64,000 nucleotides of DNA, taken from Flaccisagitta enflata. Lineage: Eukaryota. Position 1 is the first letter of the stretch; each line of letters starts with the position of its first letter. Shown piece after piece: positions 27,268-39,443 of this stretch. The stretch spans positions 43,896,001 to 43,960,000 of the forward strand of contig OZ231126.1 in NCBI GenBank assembly GCA_965153355.1. Direction: 5' to 3'. Below the pieces are notes generated by a model. It was not told where the DNA came from, ran no database searches, and saw only the letters and a program-made list of their open reading frames with translations. The position numbers and the translations under genes are program-made.

Positions 27268-27579
27268 TTTTAGATGCGTCCGTCAGGAACGCATCTCTAT
27301 AAGAGGGTCTGTCCGTCCGTCCGTCCGTCTGTCCGTCCGTCCGTCCGTCCGTCCGTCGGTCCGTCCATTCGTCGGTCCGTCCGTCCGTCCGTCACGCCTG
27401 TGCGAAAACCGCGTTTCTCGGCTTGTTTTTATCCTACACTGAAACAAATGATCAACCAACATGTTTTGAGAGTCTTTCCACCCGTCTGTTCGTCCATCTG
27501 TCCGTCCATACATATATGTCACATGATCAATACACGCTGAGACACAGCCCGGACGCATCGTTGCCCGGTCGGGCTTGTT
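27268..27579 (+). mobile_element. Second HINE-like family (AGATGCGT...GCATCT hairpin; GCCCGGTCGGGC-TTGTT end). Related copies near 24119-24253, 41773-41890, 63043-63292
   Basis: Same architecture as the first family with different subterminal repeats and a (GTCC)n core. Confidence 0.7.
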
Positions 27580-28846
27580 TCACCTGTTTGAGGCCTACAG
27601 AAAGGGTTGAAATTTTGCAGTGCTGCCGAAAACATTTTTGAAGTTTTTTGATTAACTTCCTGCCAATGGACGGGGCAATAGGCACAGATTTATGATCAGC
27701 TCACGGTCTTTTATCCACTTAATTTTTTTGTAGAGAAATAAAGGGTAAAAAGCATTCTGCCTTAAATTGTCGTAAAACACCAAAAAAAGCTCAGCGTGAC
27801 CGACCAACCGACCGACGGATGGACTGACAGACAGACCGACCGACCGACCAACCAACCGAGGGACAGAGCGGGTCATAGAGTCGCGTGCACGCGACTAAAA
27901 ACATGTTGAGAACACATACAAAAAATTTGAAAATGTGGAAAAAATAATTCTGGTTAAGGCTAAACTTTTTTTTTTATAAGAACATCATTTTTTTCAAAGG
28001 CTTCATGTTCTTATTTTTGAAGCCAAATAAAGCCTTCAATGTTCTTAGAGCATTCTTAATTTAAAATAATAACTATAAGGAACCTTATGATAAACTATTA
28101 TTTGATTTTTTTTAATATATTTCTATTGAATACTATTAAAACAAATGCTAGACATCGATGTCTGGGGATATTTTCTCGATATCTATATCAAAAATTGAAA
28201 AAATTTATCTTAATTATACTAAAATGTCAGTGTCTTGTTAAGGTTTTTTAAATGTTACTTTAAGAAAAAATTTTTCTAAAGTTTTGAAGCCTTTGTATAT
28301 TCTTACAATGTTCTTAATTTTGGGGCCATTCAAAGCCTTGATGTTCTTATAAACTAGGTTCTTATTTGAAAAAAGTGTTTTTCAAAAGATGGGTTTTTTA
28401 AGCTATAAATCATGAAAATTATATTTTTTCAAACAAAAATTTTCAATTTTTTAGATTATTGAAATCAAAATTAAAAACCTGATTATAATCATGTGTCAAA
28501 ACGCCGGAAACACAGCTGCCCCAGTCGCGTGCGAGTGGGGGGGGGGGGCATTGGAGGAAGTCACTCGGGCATCTTGGTGGGAGCAGTGAGCTCAAAAAGC
28601 TGTAAATGCCAAAGTAACAATCATCCATAGATCGCACATGGTCAGCGGTACCCTATGCCCTGCTTGGAGTGAAAGCTGAAGAGGTGGAGTGGGAGCAGGG
28701 CAGCGGCCCCAAAGGGCCGATGTCCTGAAGGACACAGGGGTGAATTTCCATACGTCCTGAGAGGGCATATATGAGGCCTTTTGAGCAATTTTCTATGATA
28801 TCCAATGGAGGTTTTGCATTTTTTTCTAATTCTCATCAATTTGTTA

Positions 28847-29355
28847 CAGTAGATGTCGTCTAGACTTGGAAATACGGGGCCCCTCATATCCTAACTACCA
28901 TTTGCGCCAATGAAATGAAATTGTGTCTGTATAATGCTTATGTCCTATAGGGTTGACGATGGGGTATGGCAGCTCTGTGGATAGAAAATTCTTTTGAATA
29001 TACTAAAACAAATTTGTTTTGCTCAAACAGCTGCCAGAATTGGTCTAGTGGTTAACTCACTTGACTTCAAATCCCTCTTGATCAATTTATTTCTTTAAAA
29101 GTTCCAGGTTCGAATCCCAGGCTGGTTTTGCAATTAAAGCAAATAGATGAAGCTGAAATTCTGCCATAAAAGTGATTGATCCTAATATTTTATACTAAAA
29201 GTTTTTTTTGTAAGGTAAGCCGTAGGGGGATGCCATACCCCATTGTCAACCCCTTAGGGTCTACACATTACACTAGCAAAATATCAGTCCCCTCACTGTA
29301 CTGATGCTGAGGTTATGAGCTCCCCCGTATTTCCAAGTCTAGACGACATCTACTG
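28847..29355. mobile_element. MITE with TIR CAGTAGATGTCGTCTAGACTTGGAAATACGGGG, TA TSD; contains inner inverted repeats 28950-29252
   Basis: Perfect TIRs over 30 bp; inner pair GGGTTGACRATGGGGTATGGCA. Confidence 0.9.
29033..29126 (+). pseudogene. Degenerate tRNA-Ser-like sequence (pol III A and B boxes)
   Basis: A box TGGTCTAGTGG, GACTTCAAATCC resembling the Ser anticodon arm, B box GGTTCGAATCC. Stems pair poorly. Confidence 0.5.
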
Positions 29356-32110
29356 TATTCCATGGGAATTTCATATTTTTTTCATTTTTCATCAATTTTC
29401 CATGTTATTCTATGGGTAGTTTGCAATTTATCAATTTTCCATGTTATTTAATGGGAAATTGAGGCTTGAGAAGCTGGGGGGATGGACGTGCGGACGGACG
29501 GACGGACATTTGGAAATTCACCCCTGTGTCCTACAAGGGTTCAAGTTGAGAGAATTTCTAACATTCTGTATTGATTGCGTTTGTTGTTTTTTCGTCGCTT
29601 TTTTCTTATCTTTTGTCCCTTTTTCGACATTTCCTGATAGTCATAGGTGTGTCTTACTATATCTCTACCTATACATCGTCAGTCGGTCTGTGGTGATCGA
29701 GTTGGAAAGCGTGAAAATGTGCACTTCCGTCCCTGCCCACCCGTCTGCGGCTGATATTGGCCCTTGTTTCTGTTCATGTCCCAAACGACTAAGAAATGAT
29801 GACTTCAGAACAAATTCAAAGATTACAATTTAGGACACAGTTTATTTGAACGACAAACTCGGTCTATCAGTTTTTTATAACTTTAAGTTATTAGAATAAT
29901 AAATAAATAAACTCATAGATAGTTTGTTAAGTCCAGAACTATAGTTTTTAATACTACAAAATTATAATTCAGCAGTATTTTACATCTGCATATATGTAGA
30001 ACATACCTTAGATAATTATCAAAAGAACAATATTTATAATTGAAAATATGATAGATGAACGAATAGACAAATGAATTAATAGAAAGATTAAGATAGCAAA
30101 ATCATTTTGTTTGTCGGAGTCTAAAAATAATGATGAAATTAATCATTATTATTAGTGTGTAAACTATTAAAAAATTATAATGATATTGTATTATGAAATG
30201 AATAAAACAATCTATTAAATTCATACATTTCTAAAAAAAGATCTAATCTAAAACATATTTCAAGTGAAATTATGAAGCCCTTTAGTTCAATAATATGTAA
30301 AAAAATATAAATTAGAAATGCTAGTTTTTAAAATTAAAAACAAATAAAATAATCTATTTTTAGAATCTTATTTTTAGTCGCGGACACGCGACTCTACACC
30401 TTGCCGTGTCGGTCGGTAAGCCAATAGGTCGGTCCGTCCGTTTGTCCATCCGTCCGTCCGTCCGTCCGTCCAAGCGGTTTTCGCATCACTGCTCCTGCCC
30501 AACCGTCCGCGACTGGATTGCCGTGTACCTGGCCATGTTAAATGATATTTGATTTTTTAAAATCTTTAACCTTAAAAAAATCGGGTAATTTGTATTTAAA
30601 TTTCTATAATTTTTAACTCTAATTAAATCTTGCCTCGACCCTCAAATTTTACCTCTCGTTTGCATCTTGACTTAGATTAAGTTACAGCGAATGAGCTTCT
30701 TAATTCTATATAAACCGAAAGTGAGAGAGAATCTTGAATAAACCGAAAGTGAGAGAAATAGAGAGAGAACAAGGCCGGATACACGGGCCAAGACGGTGCG
30801 CCGGGCGTTATTAATTCTTAGACCTATCCCTAGCTCAATCAGACCTATCCCTAGCTCTATCAGACCTATCCCTAGCTCTATCAGACCTATCCCGAGCTCT
30901 ATCAGGCCTATCCCGAGCTCTATCAGACCTATCCCTAGCTCTATCAGGCCTATCCCGAGCTCTATCAGACCTATCCCAAGCTCTATTAGACCTATCCCGA
31001 GCTCTATCAGACCTATCCCGAGCTCTATCAGACCTATCCCCATACCTATCTGACCTATCACCAGACCTATGCGACCTATCCCCAACTTGATCAGACCTCA
31101 ACTTAGCTGATTATTTTGGTGAATGAAATGAATTTTTGTGAATGAAATGAATTTTGTGAATGAAATGAACGAAATGAGTTTTCAATTGATTTCAAACATT
31201 TTCAGCTAATGAAATAAATGAATGAATGAATGAATGAATGAATGAATGAATGAATCAATCAAGGAATGAATGAACGAATGAACGAATGAATGAATGAATC
31301 AATCAATCAATGAATGAACGAATGAAGGAATGAATGAATGAATGAATTTATGAATGAATGAATTTATAAATGAATGAATGAATTTATGAATGAAATGAAT
31401 TTTAGTGAATGAAATGAATTTCATTGAATGAAATGAATTTTAGTGAATGAAATGAATTTTAGTGAATGACCTCAATGTAGCTGATTGTTTTAGTGAATGA
31501 AATGAATTTTAGTGCATGAAATGTATTTCAGTGAATGAAATGAACGAATTGAGTTTTCAATTGATTTCAAACATTTTCAGTGAATGAATGGAATGAATGA
31601 ATGAATGAATGAATGAAATGAATGAATGAATGAAATGAATGAATGAAATGAATGAATGAATGAAATGAATGAATGAATGAAATGAATGAATGAATGAAAT
31701 GAATGAATGAATGAAATGAATGAATGAAATGAATGAATGAAACAAATAAATGAAATGAATGAATGAAATAAATAAATGAAACAAATAAATGAAATGAATG
31801 AAATGAATGAAATGAATGAAATGAATGAAATGAATGAAATGAATGAAATGAAATGAAACGAATGAAATGAAATGAATGAAATGAATGAAATGAAATGAAA
31901 CGAATGAAATGACTGAAATGACATGAAATGACATGAAATGAATGAAACGAATGAATGAATGAAATGAATGAAATGAATGAAATGAATGAAATGAATGAAT
32001 GAAATGAATGAATGAAATGAATGAATGAAATGAATGAATGAAATGAATGAATGAAATGAATGAATGAAATGAATGAATGAAATGAATGAATGAAATGAAT
32101 GAATGAAATG

Positions 32111-32607
32111 TGTGAGATTGCGACATGGTTTCCTGCCGCCAGTTCACGCTTTTGGCGATTGCTTGTCTATTTAGCTTAGCGTGAACACGTCCTTTTTCTG
32201 CCTAATTTGCATGTTGAGGCGTGTGGAAAATGAGAACTTCCATTGTAATTCTACATCGCCGCCAATGTGTCTATTTTGTTTAAGTAAAATAAATTAATGA
32301 AAGTTTGCCACCACACCTCTCACAAAAAGGCTCTAAATTGAACAAGAAAAAGGAAAAAATTAATACATGACCCCACAGTTGAGACAATACGAGACCAAAA
32401 CGATAAAAACGATGCAATAACGATAAAACGACGCGAAAACGATAAAAATACAAGGAAAAAAATGATAAAAAACGCGCACATATCCCCAGCAGCGAAGCAT
32501 CGATAAAGAATAAAATCAACTCCGTAAGACTACGGACGGAAAAAATCAAAAAGGGCAATGCATGCGACAAAAAATGGAAACAAAAAACAAAAGACGCATT
32601 TCCAAAA
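32111..32607 (-). repeat. 3' LTR of element B
   Basis: Near-identical to 37335-37831. Confidence 0.95.
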
Positions 32608-34909
32608 CTCCCGGCCAATTTTTTAATTTAAAAAATTTTTTCCCAAAAAAGTTTCGAGAGGGGGGCAAAATCTAAGGATAGCATAAAAACAAAGAAAAAT
32701 TGGGGGAGATCGAGTAAGGATGGGGACACACAAACGAAAACAGCACACACCACCCGCGCATTCCCCTGGGGACGAAGGGTGCTACTGCTCTGCAGCTTGC
32801 TCAATAGACAAACACCCCCTTCCCGTCTCACTCGACCATGCTACCCAAAGGACAAAATTGGCGACTAAACTACAGCTAATACAATGACAAATTAATATAA
32901 CGATTCAGATGGTATGTTAATGAGACGCACCCCTACCCCCATCAAGACCCACCACCCACCGTCTACAGGGCCAGCACCCAATCACCGACCAAGGTGGCGC
33001 CGCTGCCTTAGGCTCGGTTCCAGCTTATGCCATTATCAACGTTACCGTCGACGATGAACCAGCAGCTTCACGGCGGCCTTGGGGCCTTGTTGCGCAACTA
33101 CCAGGACAGTGAAAGAAAAAGACAGGAACCAACCCTCGCCCTTAGTGGACCGACCCAAGGGATATGACCAACGACTAACGACCAAATGAGGCCTGAAACA
33201 TAACCACACAGGCCACATCCACGCCTGGGGAAAAATGGTAGCCTGCCCAGGGGCCCGCCCAACAAGACAGGAAGGCGAGGAACTCAATAAGGGGCAATAC
33301 AACGCACGCCTCTTTTCATCTTTCCCTTGAAAACCTCACCCCCCACTCAACAAACGTGTTAGTACCCCAACCACGACGCTGTCCGGGAGCATAATCACTC
33401 GCGAGTGGAAGAGGCTTCTTTTTGTTGAGATCTAGGGATCATTGAGTAGACATGGGCTGCTGCCAAATTGACAATCGACTTCATCGCCCGCACGAAAGAG
33501 TCAATTCCACAATGGCCGCCAAAACAAGACATAAGAGAGCCGGCGTTGAGGAGAATTTACCTAGTTAAGACGGGGATAGGGGGGGGGGGAAGGGGGGTTT
33601 GGGACCTTGTGGTATTTCCAGACAGGGGAACATGACCGGAAATACATCAGGGATTAAAAACCAGCAATGATAAGAGATACTACACCTAAAATAAATAATT
33701 AAAGTCAGCCAACGTGTAAATGTCACGTTAAGAATAGATAGAAATAAAAAATGCGCAAACGCAAAACGAACAACGAAATCACGTGCTAAAAACGCGAAAC
33801 GCAAAACGAAATTGACCAAAAATACCAATCAATGACCAGTAATAAATAATGTTACAATAATAATGCATAAAAATGATAAAAAGGCGCAGCCAAAAAACGA
33901 CAAAACCATCCCTTATCCCCTACCCATTGGGTAACAAATCACAAGCGATAAAAACAGAAGAAACCAAAAGAGAAAAGGAGACAGAGCGAAACGGAGCAGG
34001 GAAGAGAAAGAGTCAAAGGGAGCAGGGAAGAGAACGAAAGAACACAAGAGAGGCAAAAACGAGAAGGAAAAAAGAAAGGAGAGACCGAGAGAGAGAATGA
34101 GAAAGAGAACGAGAACGAGAAAGAGAACGAGAGAGAGAACGAGAGAGAGAACGAGAAAGAGAACGAGAAAGAGAGCGAGAGAAACAACAAAACAGAACGA
34201 GAAACAGAACGAGAGAAACAACAAAACAGAACGAGAAACAGAACGAGAGAGAACAAAAACACTACGCAAAACAAAACAATGCCCATCACCTAAAATGATG
34301 ATGAGAAAGAGCGTGGAAATCGACTTTCGGAGATTCCTCTGCTTCTTTAATCCCATCGAACGTCGAGAGACGTAGCCAGTGGAGGAGGAGGAGGAGGAGA
34401 AGACGGAGGAAGGGAGAATGATCGGCGCCATCTTTGAAAGGAGTCGAGACGACGAGTGCCGCCATCTTTCTTCCTGCGTGGGCCGGAAGTGATCACGGGC
34501 GCCCTCCAGCAATTGAAAAAACCGTCCGGAAGCAACTGTTGGGTGAATACAAAGAAAACACGCAAACAGAGGACGTAAAAACGTTATCAAAACACTAACA
34601 GATAAGGGGCGGGAAAAGAAAGGGCTATGCATTGAAACGATTTGACTCAGTGCAACATGGTCAAGCAATCCTCAATGTCAATCACTCTTTCAATTAAACT
34701 TATCCGTTTTAGAAGTGTCGATATGGAACACATAAAAATGCATTCCATCGCCAAAATCCAAAATCCAGCTGTCAAAGGCCCCTCCACCGGACAAATGGAA
34801 GACTTCAAGGAGCTGGGGACGCGTCTGTTTGCAATCACGTGACTTGTATGGACATGAAGGCGCATTTGCGGAAGTGAGGCAAGAAGGGTAGATTGGATGG
34901 TAAAATAAC

Positions 34910-36937
34910 TCATTGATTAAAATTCCGGCCGTGAAGGATCGTTGCGTGGCCTCGGCCGCACATTTGACACGTTGGCTTATTGTCGCAGTATTTGGCCGTG
35001 TGGCCCTTCACAAGGCAATGGTAGCAGAGTTCACGCTTTGACAAAATGTCCACCCTTGAGTCGACGGAGACTTCTATCAAAATGGGGCACTGGGAGGTAG
35101 GGTGGGGATGGCCACAAACCCCACACACCGTCACATGTTCGTCGGGTGGCATTTGCCCACATTTCCTTTTAATTATTGCCCATCGCTCCACCAGCTCTAC
35201 CAAATTACGGTAGTCATAGCTTCCGCGGCCACTCATTTCCGATTCAAAGTTTTCCGTCCAAAATTTGTCGGCGAGATGAGGGAGTCGATTATTGAGGATG
35301 AGACGAAGTCTGTTATCGTTATGACACACCTCTTCCTCTCCACACACCATCGCCACCTTTTCAGCCTTCAGCAATTCCGCGTATAGGAGAAAGTGGGCCT
35401 TGTAATCATGCTCTGCGATTGGAGGAGCGGATGCAATTCCATCAAGCAGTGCGCCAACTGTACTTGAGTCCCCTTGGAATATCGTGTCCATCCGTTTAAA
35501 GCACTGCCCCAACTCAAAGGCGGCAGTTTCTGCTGTCACGCCAATTGTCGCCGTCATGATGACATCAGATACAGGGCCACTAAACCAATGTGGTAACTCC
35601 AAAATCATGTCCATTTCCGTAATTCCCTTGTTATTTGCTGCCTCCAGAAATCTCCGTTTCACGACAATGTAGTCTGCAGGCGTCAATGACTGGTATGGAG
35701 TTCTTGGTCGCGCCTTTTCCAAGTTCCTATAACCAATTTCCCGCCATCTAATGAAATTGTCCGCATGGGATGCTGTAATGAATTTCCCAATGGCACCATC
35801 TAGCGAGACTGTTGAGGGTTGGTGCGCTAAACCCTGCCGTGCCGCATGGGAACCCGTTTGGCGCCGCGTTAAAGGAGATGAAGGAGGAAGAGGAGAATGA
35901 AAGTGGTGTTCATCGATAGATTGAGATTCGTTGACCCCTGCAGCCATCTGTTGTCTCGGCGGTTGTTGTTGGTAACCACCACCAAACGCTGACCGCCGCT
36001 GGGGCACATAGTCTTCCTTTACGATTGTACCACGTAGTGGAGGCGGAGGAGGAGGATTGGAAGGATGGTGATGAATTTGTGTCGTCTGAGGTTCATGGTG
36101 ATCTGTGACTGTCGGACGTTCCTGGGATGGTTGCTGATGTCGATAACCACCACCGACTACTACCAACTGCTCGTGATCTCCACCCACCTGCCTGACGATC
36201 TCACCATCACCATTCGCAGTTCTAGCAATCTGATCCCCCTCGATTCGATATTGCCGCTGATGGTGCTGCTGACGAGCTTGTTGAGACACCGGAGGTTGTC
36301 GATGATGGTGCTGTTGAAGCTGCTCGTGTACCGGCTCTCGCGTTGTTTCTTCCGAAGAGAAATGTTGCATCGGCCTAACATCCCGCTGCTCAAATGCGCC
36401 ATCTAATTCACCTCGGTTCTGGTCGTCCCAACTCATGCGTCGCAATGCCTCGTCAACCGCTTCCGCATCAAAACCCAATTTATGGGGGGTACATCGGCAA
36501 TATTTAAGAATTCCCTCCGTTGTCGGGAATTTATCGGAGTACAAGTCTGTTGCGAAAAATTTCATCTTTGCCCATTTGCTACGCACAGTTTTCAGGCTAT
36601 TTGCAGTGTACGTCCACAAATCGTATGCATCGTCAAGCTCGCCTGATTTCGAAATGTCGTTGGTTTTGGCGAGGTAACGATAAACGATTCCTTGAAGGCC
36701 GTCGCGCGCAAAATCTGAATCTGCCGCTGCCATTTCATCTTCGGGGTTGATGGCCGCGTTATTAAAGGCCATTTGAGCCTCATTTAAGGCCGCTACCACA
36801 TTTGCCCGCATCTCGCGCAACTCGATGATACGATCATGTTGGCAACCCGCAAAGTATGATGCCAAAGACGAAATTGAGGTGTTGTGTACACCCCTATCAA
36901 CCATCGTTGTCGACGGAACAGACATTCTAGCGTCCAT
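34910..36937 (-). CDS. gag: Intact BEL/Pao-type Gag of element B, 675 aa
   Basis: Uninterrupted ORF with knuckles CGVCGHPHPTSQC, CYHCLVKGHTAKYC, CQMCGRGHATILH. Aligns by eye with Gag A (ELPHWFSG vs ELSGHWFAG; RLPHLADKFW vs RIPFYAEKFF). Confidence 0.93.
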   Translation of the reverse strand: MDARMSVPSTTMVDRGVHNTSISSLASYFAGCQHDRIIELREMRANVVAALNEAQMAFNNAAINPEDEMAAADSDFARDGLQGIVYRYLAKTNDISKSGELDDAYDLWTYTANSLKTVRSKWAKMKFFATDLYSDKFPTTEGILKYCRCTPHKLGFDAEAVDEALRRMSWDDQNRGELDGAFEQRDVRPMQHFSSEETTREPVHEQLQQHHHRQPPVSQQARQQHHQRQYRIEGDQIARTANGDGEIVRQVGGDHEQLVVVGGGYRHQQPSQERPTVTDHHEPQTTQIHHHPSNPPPPPPLRGTIVKEDYVPQRRSAFGGGYQQQPPRQQMAAGVNESQSIDEHHFHSPLPPSSPLTRRQTGSHAARQGLAHQPSTVSLDGAIGKFITASHADNFIRWREIGYRNLEKARPRTPYQSLTPADYIVVKRRFLEAANNKGITEMDMILELPHWFSGPVSDVIMTATIGVTAETAAFELGQCFKRMDTIFQGDSSTVGALLDGIASAPPIAEHDYKAHFLLYAELLKAEKVAMVCGEEEVCHNDNRLRLILNNRLPHLADKFWTENFESEMSGRGSYDYRNLVELVERWAIIKRKCGQMPPDEHVTVCGVCGHPHPTSQCPILIEVSVDSRVDILSKRELCYHCLVKGHTAKYCDNKPTCQMCGRGHATILHGRNFNQ

Positions 36938-37334
36938 TGGAAACTGGCGCGATAACGTTTTTAGAGTCCATTTTGCTTGGACTTTTTCACTTGCTTAGTC
37001 TACGCATCACCCGTCGGTTTTAGCTCGCAGAAAAATGGACCGGGTTCGCTACCACCGACCATGTCAAAATTCAGCGTCAGTTAAGCATCACCCGTCGGTT
37101 TTTAGCGCGCAAATAAACAGGTTCGCTACCACCAGACGCCAAATGCACTTGGGGAAAAGCACAATGTATCTCGACGTTAAAAGGACGATTCGTCGACGCG
37201 TAAATTCTCTCATTGACATCACGTCCCGGCGCCCCGGCGCCATAGGCCGTCACTTAGCATGACAGCATCCCGGGTCAGGGCAGGGGACACGAATAGACGA
37301 GTGAAGACGGCGTCGATTTTTTAATTTATTTTAC

Positions 37335-37831
37335 TGTGAGATTGCGACATGGTTTCCTGCCGCCAGTTCACGCTTTTGGCGATTGCTTGTCTATTTAGCT
37401 TAGCGTGAACACGTCCTTTTTCTGCCTAATTTGCATGTTGAGGCGTGTGGAAAATGAGAACTTCCATTGTAATTCTACATCGCCGCCAATGTGTCTATTT
37501 TGTTTAGGTAAAATAAATTAATGAAAGTTTGCCACCACACCTCTCACAAAAAGGCTCTAAATTGAACAAGAAAAAGGAAAAAATTAATACATGACCCCAC
37601 AGTTGAGACAATACGAGACCAAAACGATAAAAACGATGCAATAACGATAAAACGACGCGAAAACGATAAAAATACAAGGAAAAAAATGATAAAAAACGCG
37701 CACATATCCCCAGCAGCGAAGCATCGATAAAGAATAAAATCAACTCCGTAAGACTACGGACGGAAAAAATCAAAAAGGGCAATGCATGCGACAAAAAATG
37801 GAAACAAAAAACAAAAGACGCATTTCCAAAA
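37335..37831 (-). repeat. 5' LTR of element B
   Basis: Reads TTTTGGAAATGCG...CAATCTCACA on the minus strand; one substitution seen versus 32111-32607. Confidence 0.95.
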
Positions 37832-38126
37832 AAATGAATGAATGAAATGAATGAATGAAATGAATGAATGGAATGAATGAATGAAATGAATGAAATGAAT
37901 GAATGAATGAAATGAATGAATGAAATGAATGAATGAAATGAATGAATGAAATGAATCTTAGTGAATGAAATGAATCTTAGTGAATGAAATTAATCTTAGT
38001 GAATGAAATGAATCTTAGTGAATGAAATGAATTTTAGTGATTGAAATGAATGAAATGAGTTTTCAATTGATTTCAGACATTTTCAGCAAGTTTTCATTCG
38101 AGCGTGACCAACGGATGGACAAACCT

Positions 38127-38205
<79 letters not shown>

Positions 38206-38357
38206 TATGGCGCATCTGAGAATCATCCTAGCATATTTCTGAATCACTCAAGTGATTTTTGCTTCTTTTCGAGATTTTCAACTCGAGCGTGACCGACCAA
38301 CCGACCGACCAACCAACCGACCGACCGACCAACAGACAGAGCTAGTTATAGAGGTGC

Positions 38358-38408
<51 letters not shown>

Positions 38409-38856
38409 GCGCGTAATTGAGAATTCTAACCAGCAATGCTTCACTTCAGCTCAGAATATGAACCATTCTCATGGACAGAGAGACAAACACTTGGTCTTGA
38501 ATAAGTTGAATTCGATACACTTTCTTGTTCATGAGAACTGAGTTTTTAGTTTTTAGAGGACCGAGTTTTTAGTTGCGGACACGCAACTCTACATAAGATG
38601 CTTTGTCCGTCCGTTGGTCCGTCGGTTCGTTGGTCCGTCCATCACTCTAGATGATGCAGGGGATGCGTTTTTCATGTGCCTACAATAGGCTACATGTGCA
38701 TGCCTACAGTAGGATACATGCTGCAGCAGATTTGAGTGAGATCGTGACCTTAGATCTTATGCGAGAGTGCCGCTTAAATCTAATGATGTATCTTCCATAA
38801 GAATTAGTATTACTGGTTTCATATTTTTCGTAAGCGCTCATTTTATTTCCCTTGTC

Positions 38857-38914
<58 letters not shown>

Positions 38915-39360
38915 CAGAAATACGGAGATCGATACACGGAGATATAGAGATCGAAACACAGAGATACAGAGATCAAAACACGGAGACACGGAGACACAGA
39001 GACCGAGACATGGAGACACCGAGATCGAGACACGGAGACACAGATACAAACACACGAAGTGACAGAGACAGGGAGACACAGACACACGGAGACACAGACA
39101 CACGGAGACACAGACACAGATATAGGGAGACACAGAGACAGAGACACACGGAGACAAAGAGACAGACTCACATTGACACAGAGACAGACACGGAGATATT
39201 GTGACAGACAGGGAGACAGAGACACGGAGACGATGAGAGGAGGTCTGACATTTGTTTTCGTTATCGATCGTTTGTGAGACAATCATAGTACCATATTCCA
39301 GGACATAGTTGCATCACTTTTTAAAGTGTGCGAACCGACTCGCGTTGAAATATCTCAGCG

Positions 39361-39443
<83 letters not shown>

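Larger units (their letters stand above)
32111..37831 (-). mobile_element. LTR retroelement B, BEL/Pao-type, Gag only (non-autonomous), about 5.7 kb
   Basis: 497-bp direct repeats, apparent 5-bp TSD AAATG (32106-32110 and 37832-37836, within an AATG microsatellite), intact Gag, no pol. Confidence 0.95.
30768..38359 (-). mobile_element. Second copy of the same HINE subfamily, with expanded (AATG/AAATG)n, interrupted by LTR element B
   Basis: Same start (AACAAGGCCGGATACACGGGCCAAGACGG), same 21-bp array (about 30820-31090) and same distal blocks (ATCATCCTAGCATATTTCTGAATCA) as 8733-16671. Confidence 0.75.

Noticed and set aside
34690-34920. Alternate minus-strand frame after gag B containing SWILDFGDGMHF, reminiscent of a copia protease motif
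   Set aside because: Lacks the catalytic D-S/T-G, stops about 15 codons later, has no clear start or frameshift signal, and copia does not fit a BEL/Pao Gag.
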